From the IMG/VR virus record IMGVR_UViG_3300030099_005362: a stretch of 64,000 bases of DNA. The stretch is one strand, 5' to 3'. Every line of letters starts with the position of its first letter. Position 1 is the first letter of the stretch. Below are positions 10,385 to 20,414 of this stretch, piece after piece. This DNA is from a virus. The position numbers were made by a program, and so were the translations under genes. Under the pieces are notes generated by a model. That model was not told where the DNA came from. It saw only the letters and a program-made list of their open reading frames with translations, and did not search any database.

Positions 10385-10688
10385 TTATTCTCTCCAAAAT
10401 TTCTTTTAGTTTTCTAATACAATCGGCCTCGTCTACGCCTCTTACGTGGAACTGGCCCTTTCTAGTTAGTCCATATTTTTTTAACGCTCCGTTACCCATT
10501 ACCGAATGATCTAAGGTTTCATCTACATTCATTGCCCTCACATCTACTTTCAATGTCACTATAGCCAGATGTGGCTTTTGACTTCTAGGTATCTTTGGAT
10601 AGTGATTACCTAATATCTCGGAACCAGAGGGCAGATCTTTTGGTTCCGGACTGTCTTTTGGTATCATCAGTCGCCCTCCTTGATCCAC
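10371..10688 (-). CDS. Hypothetical protein
   Basis: ORF tiled within the operon; true start probably MIPK. Confidence 0.55.
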   Translation of the reverse strand: MDQGGRLMIPKDSPEPKDLPSGSEILGNHYPKIPRSQKPHLAIVTLKVDVRAMNVDETLDHSVMGNGALKKYGLTRKGQFHVRGVDEADCIRKLKEILERINDKG

Positions 10689-11014
10689 TTTAGCTTTTGT
10701 TCTGGCGTCATGGATGTTATTTTTTGATGTAGTTTTCTCTTTTCGTTCTTCTCGTTATTGAGGGCCTGATTGACGCCATCCTTTATCGCCCTATCCTGCT
10801 TCTCATAAAACCCCATGTTTCTAGCATTTTTGTCGGCAAGCTGCCCTATACTCTTGGCTTCTCCTCGAACAAACATTGCTGGGGGATTTATGTATACTTT
10901 TCTTAGTGTCTGCTCGTCGCAAACTGGGCACTTTAGCACTGATGGTTCGTGTACGGACTGTGATATCTCTGCGTAGTACGCACACTCTTCGCACTCAAAG
11001 TCATAGGTAGGCAT
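10667..11014 (-). CDS. FmdB-family Zn-ribbon protein
   Basis: MPTYDFECEEC...CPVC; AGGAG RBS. Confidence 0.85.
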   Translation of the reverse strand: MPTYDFECEECAYYAEISQSVHEPSVLKCPVCDEQTLRKVYINPPAMFVRGEAKSIGQLADKNARNMGFYEKQDRAIKDGVNQALNNEKNEKRKLHQKITSMTPEQKLKWIKEGD

Positions 11015-11076
11015 ATTGATTACTCTCCTTAATTCAATTTCTATATTATGGTCAACAGATTCAGATAATGCACTAT

Positions 11077-11745
11077 TTATTTTAGTCTATTTAGAATATC
11101 TGAGATGATACTATTTCTAACAATGTCAGAAGAATCTAACTCGCAGATGGCCACGCCATCAAGATTATCTAGCTTAGATATACAGGTGTGTAAACCTCCA
11201 TATTCGTTACCCCTAAGATCAGTTTGATCTAGGTCGCCGTTTATAACGGCCTTAGACCCAAGCCCTATTCTAGTCAAAAACATTTTTATTTGCTCAAATG
11301 TAGCGTTCTGTGCTTCGTCTAAAATCATAAATGTATCATGAAAATTTCTACCACGCATATACTCAAGGGGACATATTTCAATTGTATTTGTTGCCCTCAT
11401 GGAGTTGTATGTCTCTCTTCCTAGAAAAAGTTTCATCTCTTCTGTAATCGGAACCAGATACGGTTGGACTTTATCGGTCAGTGTTCCCGGTAAAAAACCC
11501 AGCCCTCTTCCCGATTCAACTACAGGCCTGCTTATCACGATCTTTTGAACTCTATCTTGAAGCAAGTACTGACAAGCCAAGCCCACAGCGACCGCTGTTT
11601 TTCCCGTTCCCGCCGGTCCACAGCAAAATGTAACATCCGCTTCTGACATTGATCTGATATAGTCAGACTGATTGTCTGTCTTTGCTCTAAGCTTTTTTCT
11701 GGCTGGTCTTGTTGGTTGATTTTTTGTTTTTTTATTTCTTGGCAT
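11077..11745 (-). CDS. phoH: PhoH-like ATPase
   Basis: GPAGTGKT, LGFLPG, YMRGR, LDEAQN, LTRIG, GDLDQTD. Confidence 0.95.
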   Translation of the reverse strand: MPRNKKTKNQPTRPARKKLRAKTDNQSDYIRSMSEADVTFCCGPAGTGKTAVAVGLACQYLLQDRVQKIVISRPVVESGRGLGFLPGTLTDKVQPYLVPITEEMKLFLGRETYNSMRATNTIEICPLEYMRGRNFHDTFMILDEAQNATFEQIKMFLTRIGLGSKAVINGDLDQTDLRGNEYGGLHTCISKLDNLDGVAICELDSSDIVRNSIISDILNRLK

Positions 11746-11755
11746 CTGCTATTTT

Positions 11756-13168
11756 CTAATAAATGTCTGGTGCTGTTGGGTTATCTATCTTTGCCGTGTG
11801 CGTTTTTGGTGCAAAGTCTCCCATTGCATTTTGATAAACTAGTGTACATTCCATGTTTCCTCCACCGGTGTCTCCTCCCGAAAGACCAAAATCAACTAAA
11901 TAATTTTTCTTGCCCATCAAAAGATTATACCAATAGCTTGTTCCGCCGCTAGTGGCCTTGTTTCCTTTTAGATATATTGCTATTTCTTCGCCAGCCTTAT
12001 ACTTGTCAATTCCCAATCCTTCGTCACCATCTGCCTTACTGAAGTTTGTGTCGGTAGCCTGCCAATCAATACCGTTGTCGGTTAGCTGTGCAAGATTTCC
12101 GTAATAAAGATCTGATATAATTCCAGTGTAACTTGTGCTAACGTTAATGGGTAAAGCAACCTGTTTCATAAGGTTTGTTCTTGCACGAGCCCCTCTAGCA
12201 CCTCCAAACTCCCCTAGATCAAATAGCTCGTTATAGTCTATAGAAACGTCAATAGTAACGCTTTGTAAACCCAGCAGAGGAACGCTGGATCTGTCTTTGT
12301 GCCCATCTAAAGACGCATCTCTGGTTCTATTTGTCCATCTAAAGGCTCTCTCTACTTCTTTTGGGTATTTCCAGTCCTCGGTTATTACGTTTCTCCTACG
12401 TAGCGTACCCGCACCATCTACAGTCGAATGAAACTCCGGATAGGAATTTATGTTTGACCCGCCTTCATTTTTGGTCATTATAGAGGTGGTGAAGGTTAAA
12501 GATTCGGTCATTGCACCTTCTACCGATAGGTTGTAACTAACGCTTCTCAACACGCAGCATCTGTAGGTTACATCGTGACAGGTGGATACGGTTTCATTGT
12601 TTGGCATCGTAGACCATACGCTGTAACTATTTAAACTATCTACCTTTGACGGAGCAGGTCCACCAACGGTTGGAGAGGTATTTAGGCTTGTTCCTGCGTC
12701 ATCAAACATATCCCTAACAGAATCGGCTGGATTATCATCAGAAACGCCTAGATAGGCTTGGTTAGCACCCATTACCAAAGTTATATCATAATTTTTCAAA
12801 GCGTCTTGAAAACCATCCGCACCCAAGTTGTCTTGGTTAAGAAGATGCATTGCCTGATAACCAGATGTCGCTGTCGGCTGGTAGAAAAAAGTAGCACCAT
12901 TTTTGCCGTCTATTACTCTTTCTATTGTTATCTCAAACTCTGGCTTAGTATACGAGCCATATTCTTTTTGAAACCTACCGTAATCAGGGTATTCTGATCT
13001 ACTTACAGAAGTATTTACTCCAACAGACTGAACCCCATGTAGCACCGTAAAGGTATTTGGATTTTCAGTTCCTCCGCTTTTTGTGGTGTTTCTCTCAAAA
13101 AAAAGAACACCAAGCATAGCGTAGAATATTCTACCGTTGCCAGCTAATAAACTTGGATAAGTTGTCAT
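11756..13168 (-). CDS. Putative virion structural protein (tail-tube-like, internally duplicated)
   Basis: Rich in T/S/G/N and beta-type sequence; repeated motif LHGVQSVGV / LLGLQSVTI; late-type motif upstream. Confidence 0.5.
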   Translation of the reverse strand: MTTYPSLLAGNGRIFYAMLGVLFFERNTTKSGGTENPNTFTVLHGVQSVGVNTSVSRSEYPDYGRFQKEYGSYTKPEFEITIERVIDGKNGATFFYQPTATSGYQAMHLLNQDNLGADGFQDALKNYDITLVMGANQAYLGVSDDNPADSVRDMFDDAGTSLNTSPTVGGPAPSKVDSLNSYSVWSTMPNNETVSTCHDVTYRCCVLRSVSYNLSVEGAMTESLTFTTSIMTKNEGGSNINSYPEFHSTVDGAGTLRRRNVITEDWKYPKEVERAFRWTNRTRDASLDGHKDRSSVPLLGLQSVTIDVSIDYNELFDLGEFGGARGARARTNLMKQVALPINVSTSYTGIISDLYYGNLAQLTDNGIDWQATDTNFSKADGDEGLGIDKYKAGEEIAIYLKGNKATSGGTSYWYNLLMGKKNYLVDFGLSGGDTGGGNMECTLVYQNAMGDFAPKTHTAKIDNPTAPDIY

Positions 13169-13200
13169 ATATTTTTTCCGTCTAGATTGTCAATTTATAC

Positions 13201-13211
13201 TATATACGCAC
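13201..13211 (-). promoter_or_regulatory. Putative late promoter motif GTGCGTATATA
   Basis: TG(C/T)GTATA motif shared with 20401, 32598, 37651, 41703 (-) and 61589 (+). Confidence 0.5.
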
Positions 13212-13619
13212 TTAATCTTCCTCTTTTACAAAAATTCCATCTACCATTTTTCCCTTGCGGTCTTTGATATCGTTATAAGCGGCTCTTAAGCAGGAAGAAA
13301 GGCTTATTTTGTTTCTTTCGCAGATATTGATCATAACAACCAACATGTCTCCAATATCATCTTTAATATCCTTTTCTTTGCATACAGAATCAGATAGCTC
13401 GCCAAGCTCTTGTAGTAGCTTTAGAACCTGATCTTTATCTGAACTGCCGTCAATCAAGTTTCTATCGTGGTGCCACTTTTTAGTTTTTCTTATAAGTTCT
13501 TCCATACCATGACTGGGATCTATATAATGATCGTTCCTCATCAACATTTGCATCCTAGCCTTTTGATCAGGATTCATAGGCTCTCTGTCGTCGTAAGTAA
13601 TTTTGTCCATTAAATTCAC
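13212..13619 (-). CDS. MazG-like nucleotide pyrophosphohydrolase
   Basis: QVLKLLQELGEL...DDIGD...AYNDIKDRKG. Confidence 0.85.
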   Translation of the reverse strand: MNLMDKITYDDREPMNPDQKARMQMLMRNDHYIDPSHGMEELIRKTKKWHHDRNLIDGSSDKDQVLKLLQELGELSDSVCKEKDIKDDIGDMLVVMINICERNKISLSSCLRAAYNDIKDRKGKMVDGIFVKEED

Positions 13620-13798
13620 CTCTTGAATTTTAAGTTTATGTCGTTTAAATGTATCGTTATAAAAGTCTCATCTCCGACTTCTTGGACTGAGACATTCTTA
13701 ACTACCCCGTCAACAATCGAGGTAATCTTTTTAATCATCTCCTCAGAAACCCCGTACCTTTCTAATATGTCGTCTACGATAGAATCTACGATACCCAT
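13616..13798 (-). CDS. Hypothetical protein
   Basis: Tiled between thyX and the MazG-like gene. Confidence 0.5.
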   Translation of the reverse strand: MGIVDSIVDDILERYGVSEEMIKKITSIVDGVVKNVSVQEVGDETFITIHLNDINLKFKR

Positions 13799-14424
13799 CA
13801 GTCTCTCCCGTTACAGATTGCTTGTAAAGTAAACTTAAATGGTTCGCCCTCAATAGTGGCAACCAAGTCCCACATCTGTTGTGCGATTTCACGAATTTCT
13901 TTCTGTGCGTGCTCGCTGTTTCTTAGATTGATAAAATTAGCGAAGCTACGTATGTTAAACATTATGTCAGCTTGAATCTGACTGTTGTAAGTCTTAAAGA
14001 ATCGTGCTGACTCTTTTGCTCGCTTGCGTCCCAGAACTGGTTCAAGTTCAGTTAAGCATTCATGATATAGTTCATTGCCAGCCTCGGTGTATTCTATTAG
14101 TTTGTTTTGCCATTTACGAACCCAGTCATCTGGAACGTAATACTTATCTTCTTTTAATTCTTTATACCTAGCAGACTCAGCGTTAAGAGAACTAATCCGG
14201 TGCTTAAGTAGATGAATATGACTGGCAATATCAGTATCAACAAGGAAATGCACCACTCCTTTCTCGAATGGGGTTTCATGTCCGTTGACCCAGAGCATTT
14301 CGATAAGTCTTTGTATTCGTCCTCTTTTTTCATCTGTAAGTTCTCTCGATGTAGAAGTCCATGCTGAACAGGCGATAATCTCATCGCTTCCGTAATATCC
14401 TAAAAGCTCTACTTTATTCTTCAT
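13798..14424 (-). CDS. thyX: FAD-dependent thymidylate synthase
   Basis: GHETPFE, KHRISSLNAESARY, LRNSEHAQKEIR. Confidence 0.93.
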   Translation of the reverse strand: MKNKVELLGYYGSDEIIACSAWTSTSRELTDEKRGRIQRLIEMLWVNGHETPFEKGVVHFLVDTDIASHIHLLKHRISSLNAESARYKELKEDKYYVPDDWVRKWQNKLIEYTEAGNELYHECLTELEPVLGRKRAKESARFFKTYNSQIQADIMFNIRSFANFINLRNSEHAQKEIREIAQQMWDLVATIEGEPFKFTLQAICNGRD

Positions 14425-15337
14425 TAGTCTCCCTTAGCCAGTCTTGAAGTTTAACTTTTGGCTCCCATCCAAAGGACTTAATTTTGTCTATGTTTGCCTG
14501 TGTGAACCTAGCCTCTCCCGGTCTTTCTGGTATGAATGTATAATAAGGATCTTCTCCACCAATAATGTTGACTAGATCTAGGATAGCATAGCTCACCCCA
14601 GAACCAACATTAAAAAGCTCTCCACAAACAGCTTTGTCTTTACATAGTGCCATTGTTATATTGGCGTTGACAACATCTGATACATGTGTAAAGTCTCTTG
14701 TTTGCAGCCCATCACCAACAACGGTCATGGGATTACCTTCTCTGTTTTGCTTTTGGAACAGCCCTATTACTGGTGCATACTGACCCCTTGTTGGCTGTCG
14801 TTCACCATAGACGTTAAAGTATCTAAACGAAACGGTCTCTAGCCCATAGAGGGTATAGTACATTTTGCACAAATCTTCTCCAGCACGCTTGGCGACCGAA
14901 TACGGATTCAGGCAGTCGGGCATCATTGTTTCGATCATTGGGGGTTTGTTTTTTAGTCCATATGCCGCCGATGTTGAAGAGTATACAACCCTACTAACCG
15001 CATGAAGACGAGAGGCCTCTAGCACATTAAGGGTTCCGACAGTATTAGTCTGGAGTGCTAGGGCTGGATCTTCTATAGTCGGTTGTATTCTAGACTCTGC
15101 TGCCAAATGAAAAACATAATCAACACCCATAAACAGGTTGTGAATATCATCATAGTTGTTTATATCTAGCTCATAATATGAAGCGTTTTTTGACGGATTG
15201 TAGTAAAAGCTTTCGTGACAGTCTGCGGAGAGGTTGTCAATGACCGCAACTTCATGCCCCTGATATATGAGTGAATCAACCAAATTAGATCCGATGAATC
15301 CACATCCGCCAGTGACAATACATTTACTCATTATCAA
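14414..15337 (-). CDS. NAD-dependent epimerase/dehydratase (extended SDR)
   Basis: TGGCGFIG, YSVAK, RYFNVYG, GDGLQTRDF. Confidence 0.92.
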   Translation of the reverse strand: MIMSKCIVTGGCGFIGSNLVDSLIYQGHEVAVIDNLSADCHESFYYNPSKNASYYELDINNYDDIHNLFMGVDYVFHLAAESRIQPTIEDPALALQTNTVGTLNVLEASRLHAVSRVVYSSTSAAYGLKNKPPMIETMMPDCLNPYSVAKRAGEDLCKMYYTLYGLETVSFRYFNVYGERQPTRGQYAPVIGLFQKQNREGNPMTVVGDGLQTRDFTHVSDVVNANITMALCKDKAVCGELFNVGSGVSYAILDLVNIIGGEDPYYTFIPERPGEARFTQANIDKIKSFGWEPKVKLQDWLRETNEE

Positions 15338-15767
15338 TTACCTTTTCTATTAATCCGCTTGAAGACTGAGTTTTTCCTCCTCCAACATTGAAAGCCATCT
15401 TTATGCCTCTCTTCTCACAAAGCTCATATTCAGGTATATTGTCTGACTTCCTATCCCCGCCATTCGCAAAGATCATCTCGTCAAAATCCCATTCAAGAGA
15501 GTATCTGGTATGCAGTATATTCAGCGTTGTAACTACTGATCCATCTTCGTCAACCGATTCAACAGCACTGTTAACACACTGAAGTGCTTCAACTATCCTC
15601 ATCCTTTCTTGACAATCCATAAAGGGCTTGCTCCCTTTTATCTGTACTTGATTGTCATTATTGACTATTACTATTAAGTAGTCACCCAACTTTTTGGCAC
15701 CTTCTAGGTAGTCTAAATGACCTCCATGTATAGGATTAAAGTAACCAGAAACCACAACTACTCTCAT
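15324..15767 (-). CDS. Cytidylyl/adenylyltransferase (TagD/RfaE-like)
   Basis: GYFNPIHGGH (HxGH), KTQSSS. Confidence 0.88.
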   Translation of the reverse strand: MRVVVVSGYFNPIHGGHLDYLEGAKKLGDYLIVIVNNDNQVQIKGSKPFMDCQERMRIVEALQCVNSAVESVDEDGSVVTTLNILHTRYSLEWDFDEMIFANGGDRKSDNIPEYELCEKRGIKMAFNVGGGKTQSSSGLIEKVIDNE

Positions 15768-16837
15768 AAACTCATGTCTCCAAAATCCATGTCTTCTAAA
15801 TCGTTTTTGCTAGCACCAATTTTGTAACTTGTTATTTCATGCTCTTGTGGTGCAACCTGAACACTTTCGCTTTGCATCCAAGCCTGAGTCCATCCGGCTA
15901 TGGGGTTTTTGCCAACGTTGTCGTATGGTAGTCCAATGCTTTTTCTCCTAGACATGCAGAGCCAGTCGATATATTGGTGAAGCACTGTCTCGTTAAGGCC
16001 AATAATTGACCCGTCCTTAAACAGATACGACGCCCATTCTTTCTCTTCTTTTGCTGCGTTCTCAAACATCTTGACGGCATCTTCTTCGCATTGCTTGGCC
16101 ACCTTAACAAAACCCTCGGAATCCTCTTTATGTAGAATCTTCAAGATGGCCTGAGTATTTGCTAAGTGTAGTGCTTCGTCACGCTTGATTAACTTGATAA
16201 TATCGGCATTGCCTACCATCTTTTTGTTCTCTGCAAACGCAAAGCTACAAACAAAGCTGACGTAAAATCTTATCGCCTCTAAAATGTTGATACTAACTAC
16301 GGTCATATATATCTGTTTTTTAATATCCGTTGGCTTGTTCTTGTCGCAAGCCATGCCCATCAGATTATTGTAGTCAGTTATAGCAACATCTGCACGCTTC
16401 ATTATCTCCTTGTCTTCATAAATTCCCTCAAACACCTCTGAGCTATCGGCGTAGACATTTTGTATGATATATGAGTATGATTGACTGTGAATTTTTTCAA
16501 AGAACTGCCAAGTCATAAGACACGCTTCAAGCTCTGTGTTTGTAACAAACTCTAGCAAGGTTGGAACACCCCTACAGATAACGCTGTCCAGCATCGTTTG
16601 ATATTTTAGGTTGGAGGTAAAAATAAATTTTTCGTTATCTGAAAGCGTCTGAAAATCAGCACGATCCTTTTTAAGTTCAATCTCTTCCGGTCTCCAGAAA
16701 TTCATCATCTGCTTACTGTCAAGATCCTTGAATATAGGATACTTGACGACATCATATCTTTGAACCCCCAAATCTTTACCCAGAAAAAGAGGCTGAGACA
16801 TAGGATCAACATTCTTGGTATTAAAAATAGTTTTCAT
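15764..16837 (-). CDS. nrdB: Ribonucleotide reductase class Ia beta subunit
   Basis: FWRPEE, LDS, EKIHSQSY, LEAIRFYVSF, RDEALH, VAPQE. Confidence 0.96.
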   Translation of the reverse strand: MKTIFNTKNVDPMSQPLFLGKDLGVQRYDVVKYPIFKDLDSKQMMNFWRPEEIELKKDRADFQTLSDNEKFIFTSNLKYQTMLDSVICRGVPTLLEFVTNTELEACLMTWQFFEKIHSQSYSYIIQNVYADSSEVFEGIYEDKEIMKRADVAITDYNNLMGMACDKNKPTDIKKQIYMTVVSINILEAIRFYVSFVCSFAFAENKKMVGNADIIKLIKRDEALHLANTQAILKILHKEDSEGFVKVAKQCEEDAVKMFENAAKEEKEWASYLFKDGSIIGLNETVLHQYIDWLCMSRRKSIGLPYDNVGKNPIAGWTQAWMQSESVQVAPQEHEITSYKIGASKNDLEDMDFGDMSL

Positions 16838-19062
16838 ATTGCACATGCTCCGGATTCGCAGTTCATACCCTTCTCGGTGTCGCCATCTCCATCGGGAGTA
16901 TTGGCGTAATAGAAATTTTTAAGTCCGTACTTATATCCGTAGATTTGGTCTTTTATTATCACGCTAAGCGGAACATTTCCGTCTGCATAGTGAGAATAGT
17001 TATAGTATAGATTCGTACTCATGCTCATGTCTACAAACTTCTGAATAACCGCTGCTATATTTAGCATCGCCTTATTGTCTTCCATTTCCCAAGCTAAAGT
17101 ATAGTAGTTTTTTCTTCTTCTGTAGTTAGGAACTATTTGTTTAAGTACTCCGTTTTTAGCCTTCTTATAGAGAAGCAAACTTCTGACAGGCTCAATACCG
17201 TTAGTACTGTTTTGTATTACACTACTAGACTCACAAGGCATGATAGCAGATAAAGTGGAATGACGCAGCCCATGTTCTTTAACACGTTCACGTAGGCTCT
17301 CCCAGTCCATGTTGTATTTAGGCCAAACTAATTCGTCTACCTCTTTTTTATACCAGTCTATAGGAAGAAGGCCTTGAGCGTATTTAGTTTCGCTAAACTT
17401 TTCGCATGGCCCTATTTCTTCTGCAAGCTCACAGCTAGCACTTATTAGATTCCATTGTATCTTCTCCATCATTTCATGAACAAGCTCTAGCGACCCGTTA
17501 TCCTCGTATTTGAGTTTATTCTTAGCCAAGAATCCAGCTAGATTTGTTATACCTATACCCAAAGACCTTCTGTTTTTAGTGAAGTTTTCTCCAGCCAAAA
17601 CAGGATAATCCTGATAGTCTATAACCGACTCAAGAGTTCTAACGGCCATTCGGCAAGCGTCTTCGATGTCTTTATCCGAGTTTAGCTCTAGCAGATTAAT
17701 AGCAGACAGTATGCATATACCTATTTCACCGTCCGGATCATCTATCGAGTTGATCGGTTTAGTTGGATGAATAATTTCTTGGCACAAGTTACTCATGTAA
17801 ACAGGCACAGACCAAGAGCCGTGTTCGTTGGCGTTGTCTATATTCATGCTATAGATTCGACCCGTCTCTAGACGTTCTCTTGCGAAAATTTCAGCCAGTT
17901 TTCGGGCTGGTACTTTCTTTTTGAATTTCAGAGATCTAGCGTTTTCATATTTGAGGTATAGCTGCTCAAACTTTTCATTGTCTCCAAATGCTTCATACAG
18001 CCCTTTAGCCTCGTCAGGACTGAATAGAGTCACATCTTCATTGGCTATCAGGCGGTCATAGAACAGCTTACAGAACTGGATACTGTAGTCCAGCTTACGG
18101 ACACGATTGTCGTCTGTTCCTGCGTTGTTTTTTAGAACCATTACGTCTTCGATCTCGTAATGCCAGAAGGGTATGTGTACCGTAGCAGAGCCGCCACGCA
18201 ATCCATTCTGTGATGTTGACTTAACAGCCGACTCAAAGTTCTTTAGGTAAGGGATCAATCCTGTGTGGATGACCTCTCCACCTCGAATGGGAGAGTTAAT
18301 TGGACGCATCCTGCCGATGTTGAGCCCGATCCCCGCTCTTCTCGCCGTGTATTTGCCCACTGCATGAATACTTGAAAATATAGCGTCAAGGTTATCGTCA
18401 ACATCAACCAAAACACAACTTGCGAATTGACGAATGTTAGTGCGAACACCAGCCATAATAGGAGTGGGTAGATTAATTTTGAACGTTGAGTAGCAGTCAT
18501 AAGCTTTTTTAACCTCATCTACTGAATCAAATAGACACATAGCTATTGCCATGTATGCGAATTGTGGTGTTTCGTATATAACTCCAGTACTTCGATTTTT
18601 AACTAGATACTTGTCTATCATTTGCTGTAGACCGGCATATGTAAACAGGTCGTCTCTACTGTGGTTTATATACCTTCCAAAACGATCTACATCTTTATCG
18701 CTCCATTTTTTAAGGATGTGCGGATCATATATACCATTATCTTCGTTTCTTTGCAGGAACAGCAGAAAATCGGTAGGCTCGTCTCCACAGCCCCACACCT
18801 CTTTTCTGAGCTGCATGTTTAACAACCTAGAGGCTACGTATTGATAATTAGGCTCTGATGTAGATATTAAGTCGTTTGCGGATTTTATTAAAATCTGGTG
18901 GATCTTAGAGGTCTCTATGCCGTCATGAATCGACAGGTTGGCGTTCATCTCTATGTCTGAAAAGGATACTCCATTAATTCCTTTTGTTGCCCACTCTACT
19001 ACCTTGTGAATTTTTTCTACGGAGAACGATTCCTTGTTTCCGTTTCTTTTTGTTACTTCCAT
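16834..19062 (-). CDS. nrdA: Ribonucleotide reductase class Ia alpha subunit
   Basis: ATP cone VTKRNG, QFASCVL, SNLCQEI, NSTNGIEP, C-terminal CESGAC. Confidence 0.97.
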   Translation of the reverse strand: MEVTKRNGNKESFSVEKIHKVVEWATKGINGVSFSDIEMNANLSIHDGIETSKIHQILIKSANDLISTSEPNYQYVASRLLNMQLRKEVWGCGDEPTDFLLFLQRNEDNGIYDPHILKKWSDKDVDRFGRYINHSRDDLFTYAGLQQMIDKYLVKNRSTGVIYETPQFAYMAIAMCLFDSVDEVKKAYDCYSTFKINLPTPIMAGVRTNIRQFASCVLVDVDDNLDAIFSSIHAVGKYTARRAGIGLNIGRMRPINSPIRGGEVIHTGLIPYLKNFESAVKSTSQNGLRGGSATVHIPFWHYEIEDVMVLKNNAGTDDNRVRKLDYSIQFCKLFYDRLIANEDVTLFSPDEAKGLYEAFGDNEKFEQLYLKYENARSLKFKKKVPARKLAEIFARERLETGRIYSMNIDNANEHGSWSVPVYMSNLCQEIIHPTKPINSIDDPDGEIGICILSAINLLELNSDKDIEDACRMAVRTLESVIDYQDYPVLAGENFTKNRRSLGIGITNLAGFLAKNKLKYEDNGSLELVHEMMEKIQWNLISASCELAEEIGPCEKFSETKYAQGLLPIDWYKKEVDELVWPKYNMDWESLRERVKEHGLRHSTLSAIMPCESSSVIQNSTNGIEPVRSLLLYKKAKNGVLKQIVPNYRRRKNYYTLAWEMEDNKAMLNIAAVIQKFVDMSMSTNLYYNYSHYADGNVPLSVIIKDQIYGYKYGLKNFYYANTPDGDGDTEKGMNCESGACAI

Positions 19063-19104
19063 TTATATTTTTCTTCCATCTTCGATGTTATAATCATGTA
19101 GATT

Positions 19105-19133
19105 ATTATACACCATAAATGTCCTTTTGTCAA
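19105..19133 (-). promoter_or_regulatory. sigma70 consensus promoter for the nrdA operon
   Basis: TTGACA-17-TATAAT. Confidence 0.85.
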
Positions 19134-19155
19134 CCGAATAAAACCCAAAAAATAG

Positions 19156-19189
19156 AAAAACCGCCAGCAAATAAAAATTCACCGGCGGT
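19156..19189 (-). terminator. Intrinsic terminator
   Basis: ACCGCCGG...CTGGCGGT stem followed by a T-run. Confidence 0.6.
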
Positions 19190-19218
19190 CAAAATTTAAA
19201 CGATTTTATTAAGCTAAA

Positions 19219-19539
19219 TTACTCTTTCATTCCGTCTACTTTAGACATCAGAGATCCTAGCTGTTGACTTATCTGGTTGTGTAGATTTTTATTATCCTGA
19301 ACAACCATTTTACACTCAGTAACGTTTTCGCTCATTTGATCTATCTTATCCTCTATGCCGCCGACACGCTTTTCTATACGTCCCATACGTTGATTCAAAG
19401 ATTCATTTACCTTTTGTTCTAACACGATAATTTGCTTTCCATGTTGAACCATAGTGTACAGCACCCAGCCCAGAACGGGAATAAAAAACATTCCTATTAC
19501 TTCAGTCACGTTTCTGATTAAGTCCCAAGTCTCGTTCAT
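19219..19539 (-). CDS. N-terminal TM + coiled-coil protein (holin/XhlA-like)
   Basis: One TM helix followed by heptad repeats. Confidence 0.5.
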   Translation of the reverse strand: MNETWDLIRNVTEVIGMFFIPVLGWVLYTMVQHGKQIIVLEQKVNESLNQRMGRIEKRVGGIEDKIDQMSENVTECKMVVQDNKNLHNQISQQLGSLMSKVDGMKE

Positions 19540-19566
19540 GACATCTCCTATGGTTATATTAAATCC

Positions 19567-19600
19567 AAAAAAAACTACTCACCGCCGAAGCGGTGAGCAG
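19567..19600 (-). terminator. Intrinsic terminator with UUCG tetraloop
   Basis: CTGCTCACCGC-TTCG-GCGGTGAGTAG followed by T8. Confidence 0.9.
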
Positions 19601-19614
19601 CAAGAAAATATGGA

Positions 19615-20322
19615 TTACATACCAGTGATAGGCTTGTAGTCGAAGAAGTTTCCGCTAGTACTGATATTAGCGTCAACAAAGTCAACCATCATCACAAGTT
19701 CACCCGGTACCGCACGAGTTGGGTTAGCGGCACTGTCGCTATTAGCCGAGGTTGAGCCAGCGGCTGGATCCCAGTAATTCTCGTTGAGAGCATCTGGAGC
19801 AGAAGCACTGTCAGCACCACCTGTTGCAGCAGCAACCCAGTTGATTCTACTACCCAAAGCAGCACCAGCATCATTTCGAGATTTAGTGCTTGTCCAACTG
19901 AATCTGTTAGCTCGGAAAGCAGTAACGGTCTTAGCACCATACTGATTACGAGCACGCATAACGGCGTCGTTGGATGAGAACGATTTGCTTCTGGACGAAG
20001 ACTGAATAGTGGTGTTTGCGTAGTTACCAAGACTGGTACTGACTCCCATCATTGGGAATCTAGAACCTGCTGCGGTTCCTCCATCCCAAGCAAAAGTACC
20101 ATTCGCACCTTGTGCTTTGATGTTTCTTACCAGACCATTTTCTACATTAGCTGGGCCAGTCGGAACGCCTTTTTCTACGGCACTGTCGGCCAAAGAAAGT
20201 GCCTTGGTAATTACGTCACCAGTGCTAGAGTTTCCTAAAATTGTACCGCCTTCTTTAGCGGCTGTAAACGTACCATTAGAGGTGTTCTTCAAATAGTTTG
20301 AAGTGTTACCCGGAACTGCCAT
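19615..20322 (-). CDS. Putative virion structural protein
   Basis: A/G/S/T/N-rich; own upstream motif (20401) and strong terminator. Confidence 0.55.
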   Translation of the reverse strand: MAVPGNTSNYLKNTSNGTFTAAKEGGTILGNSSTGDVITKALSLADSAVEKGVPTGPANVENGLVRNIKAQGANGTFAWDGGTAAGSRFPMMGVSTSLGNYANTTIQSSSRSKSFSSNDAVMRARNQYGAKTVTAFRANRFSWTSTKSRNDAGAALGSRINWVAAATGGADSASAPDALNENYWDPAAGSTSANSDSAANPTRAVPGELVMMVDFVDANISTSGNFFDYKPITGM

Positions 20323-20400
20323 AATAATCTCCTTGTTGATTAAAAAACAAAATTAAACGATATTTCCAATATTCCACAAAAAGATCCAGTTCCTAGCTAT

Positions 20401-20410
20401 ATATACGCAA
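20401..20410 (-). promoter_or_regulatory. Putative late promoter motif TTGCGTATAT
   Basis: Shared TG(C/T)GTATA motif. Confidence 0.5.
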
Positions 20411-20414
20411 CTAT

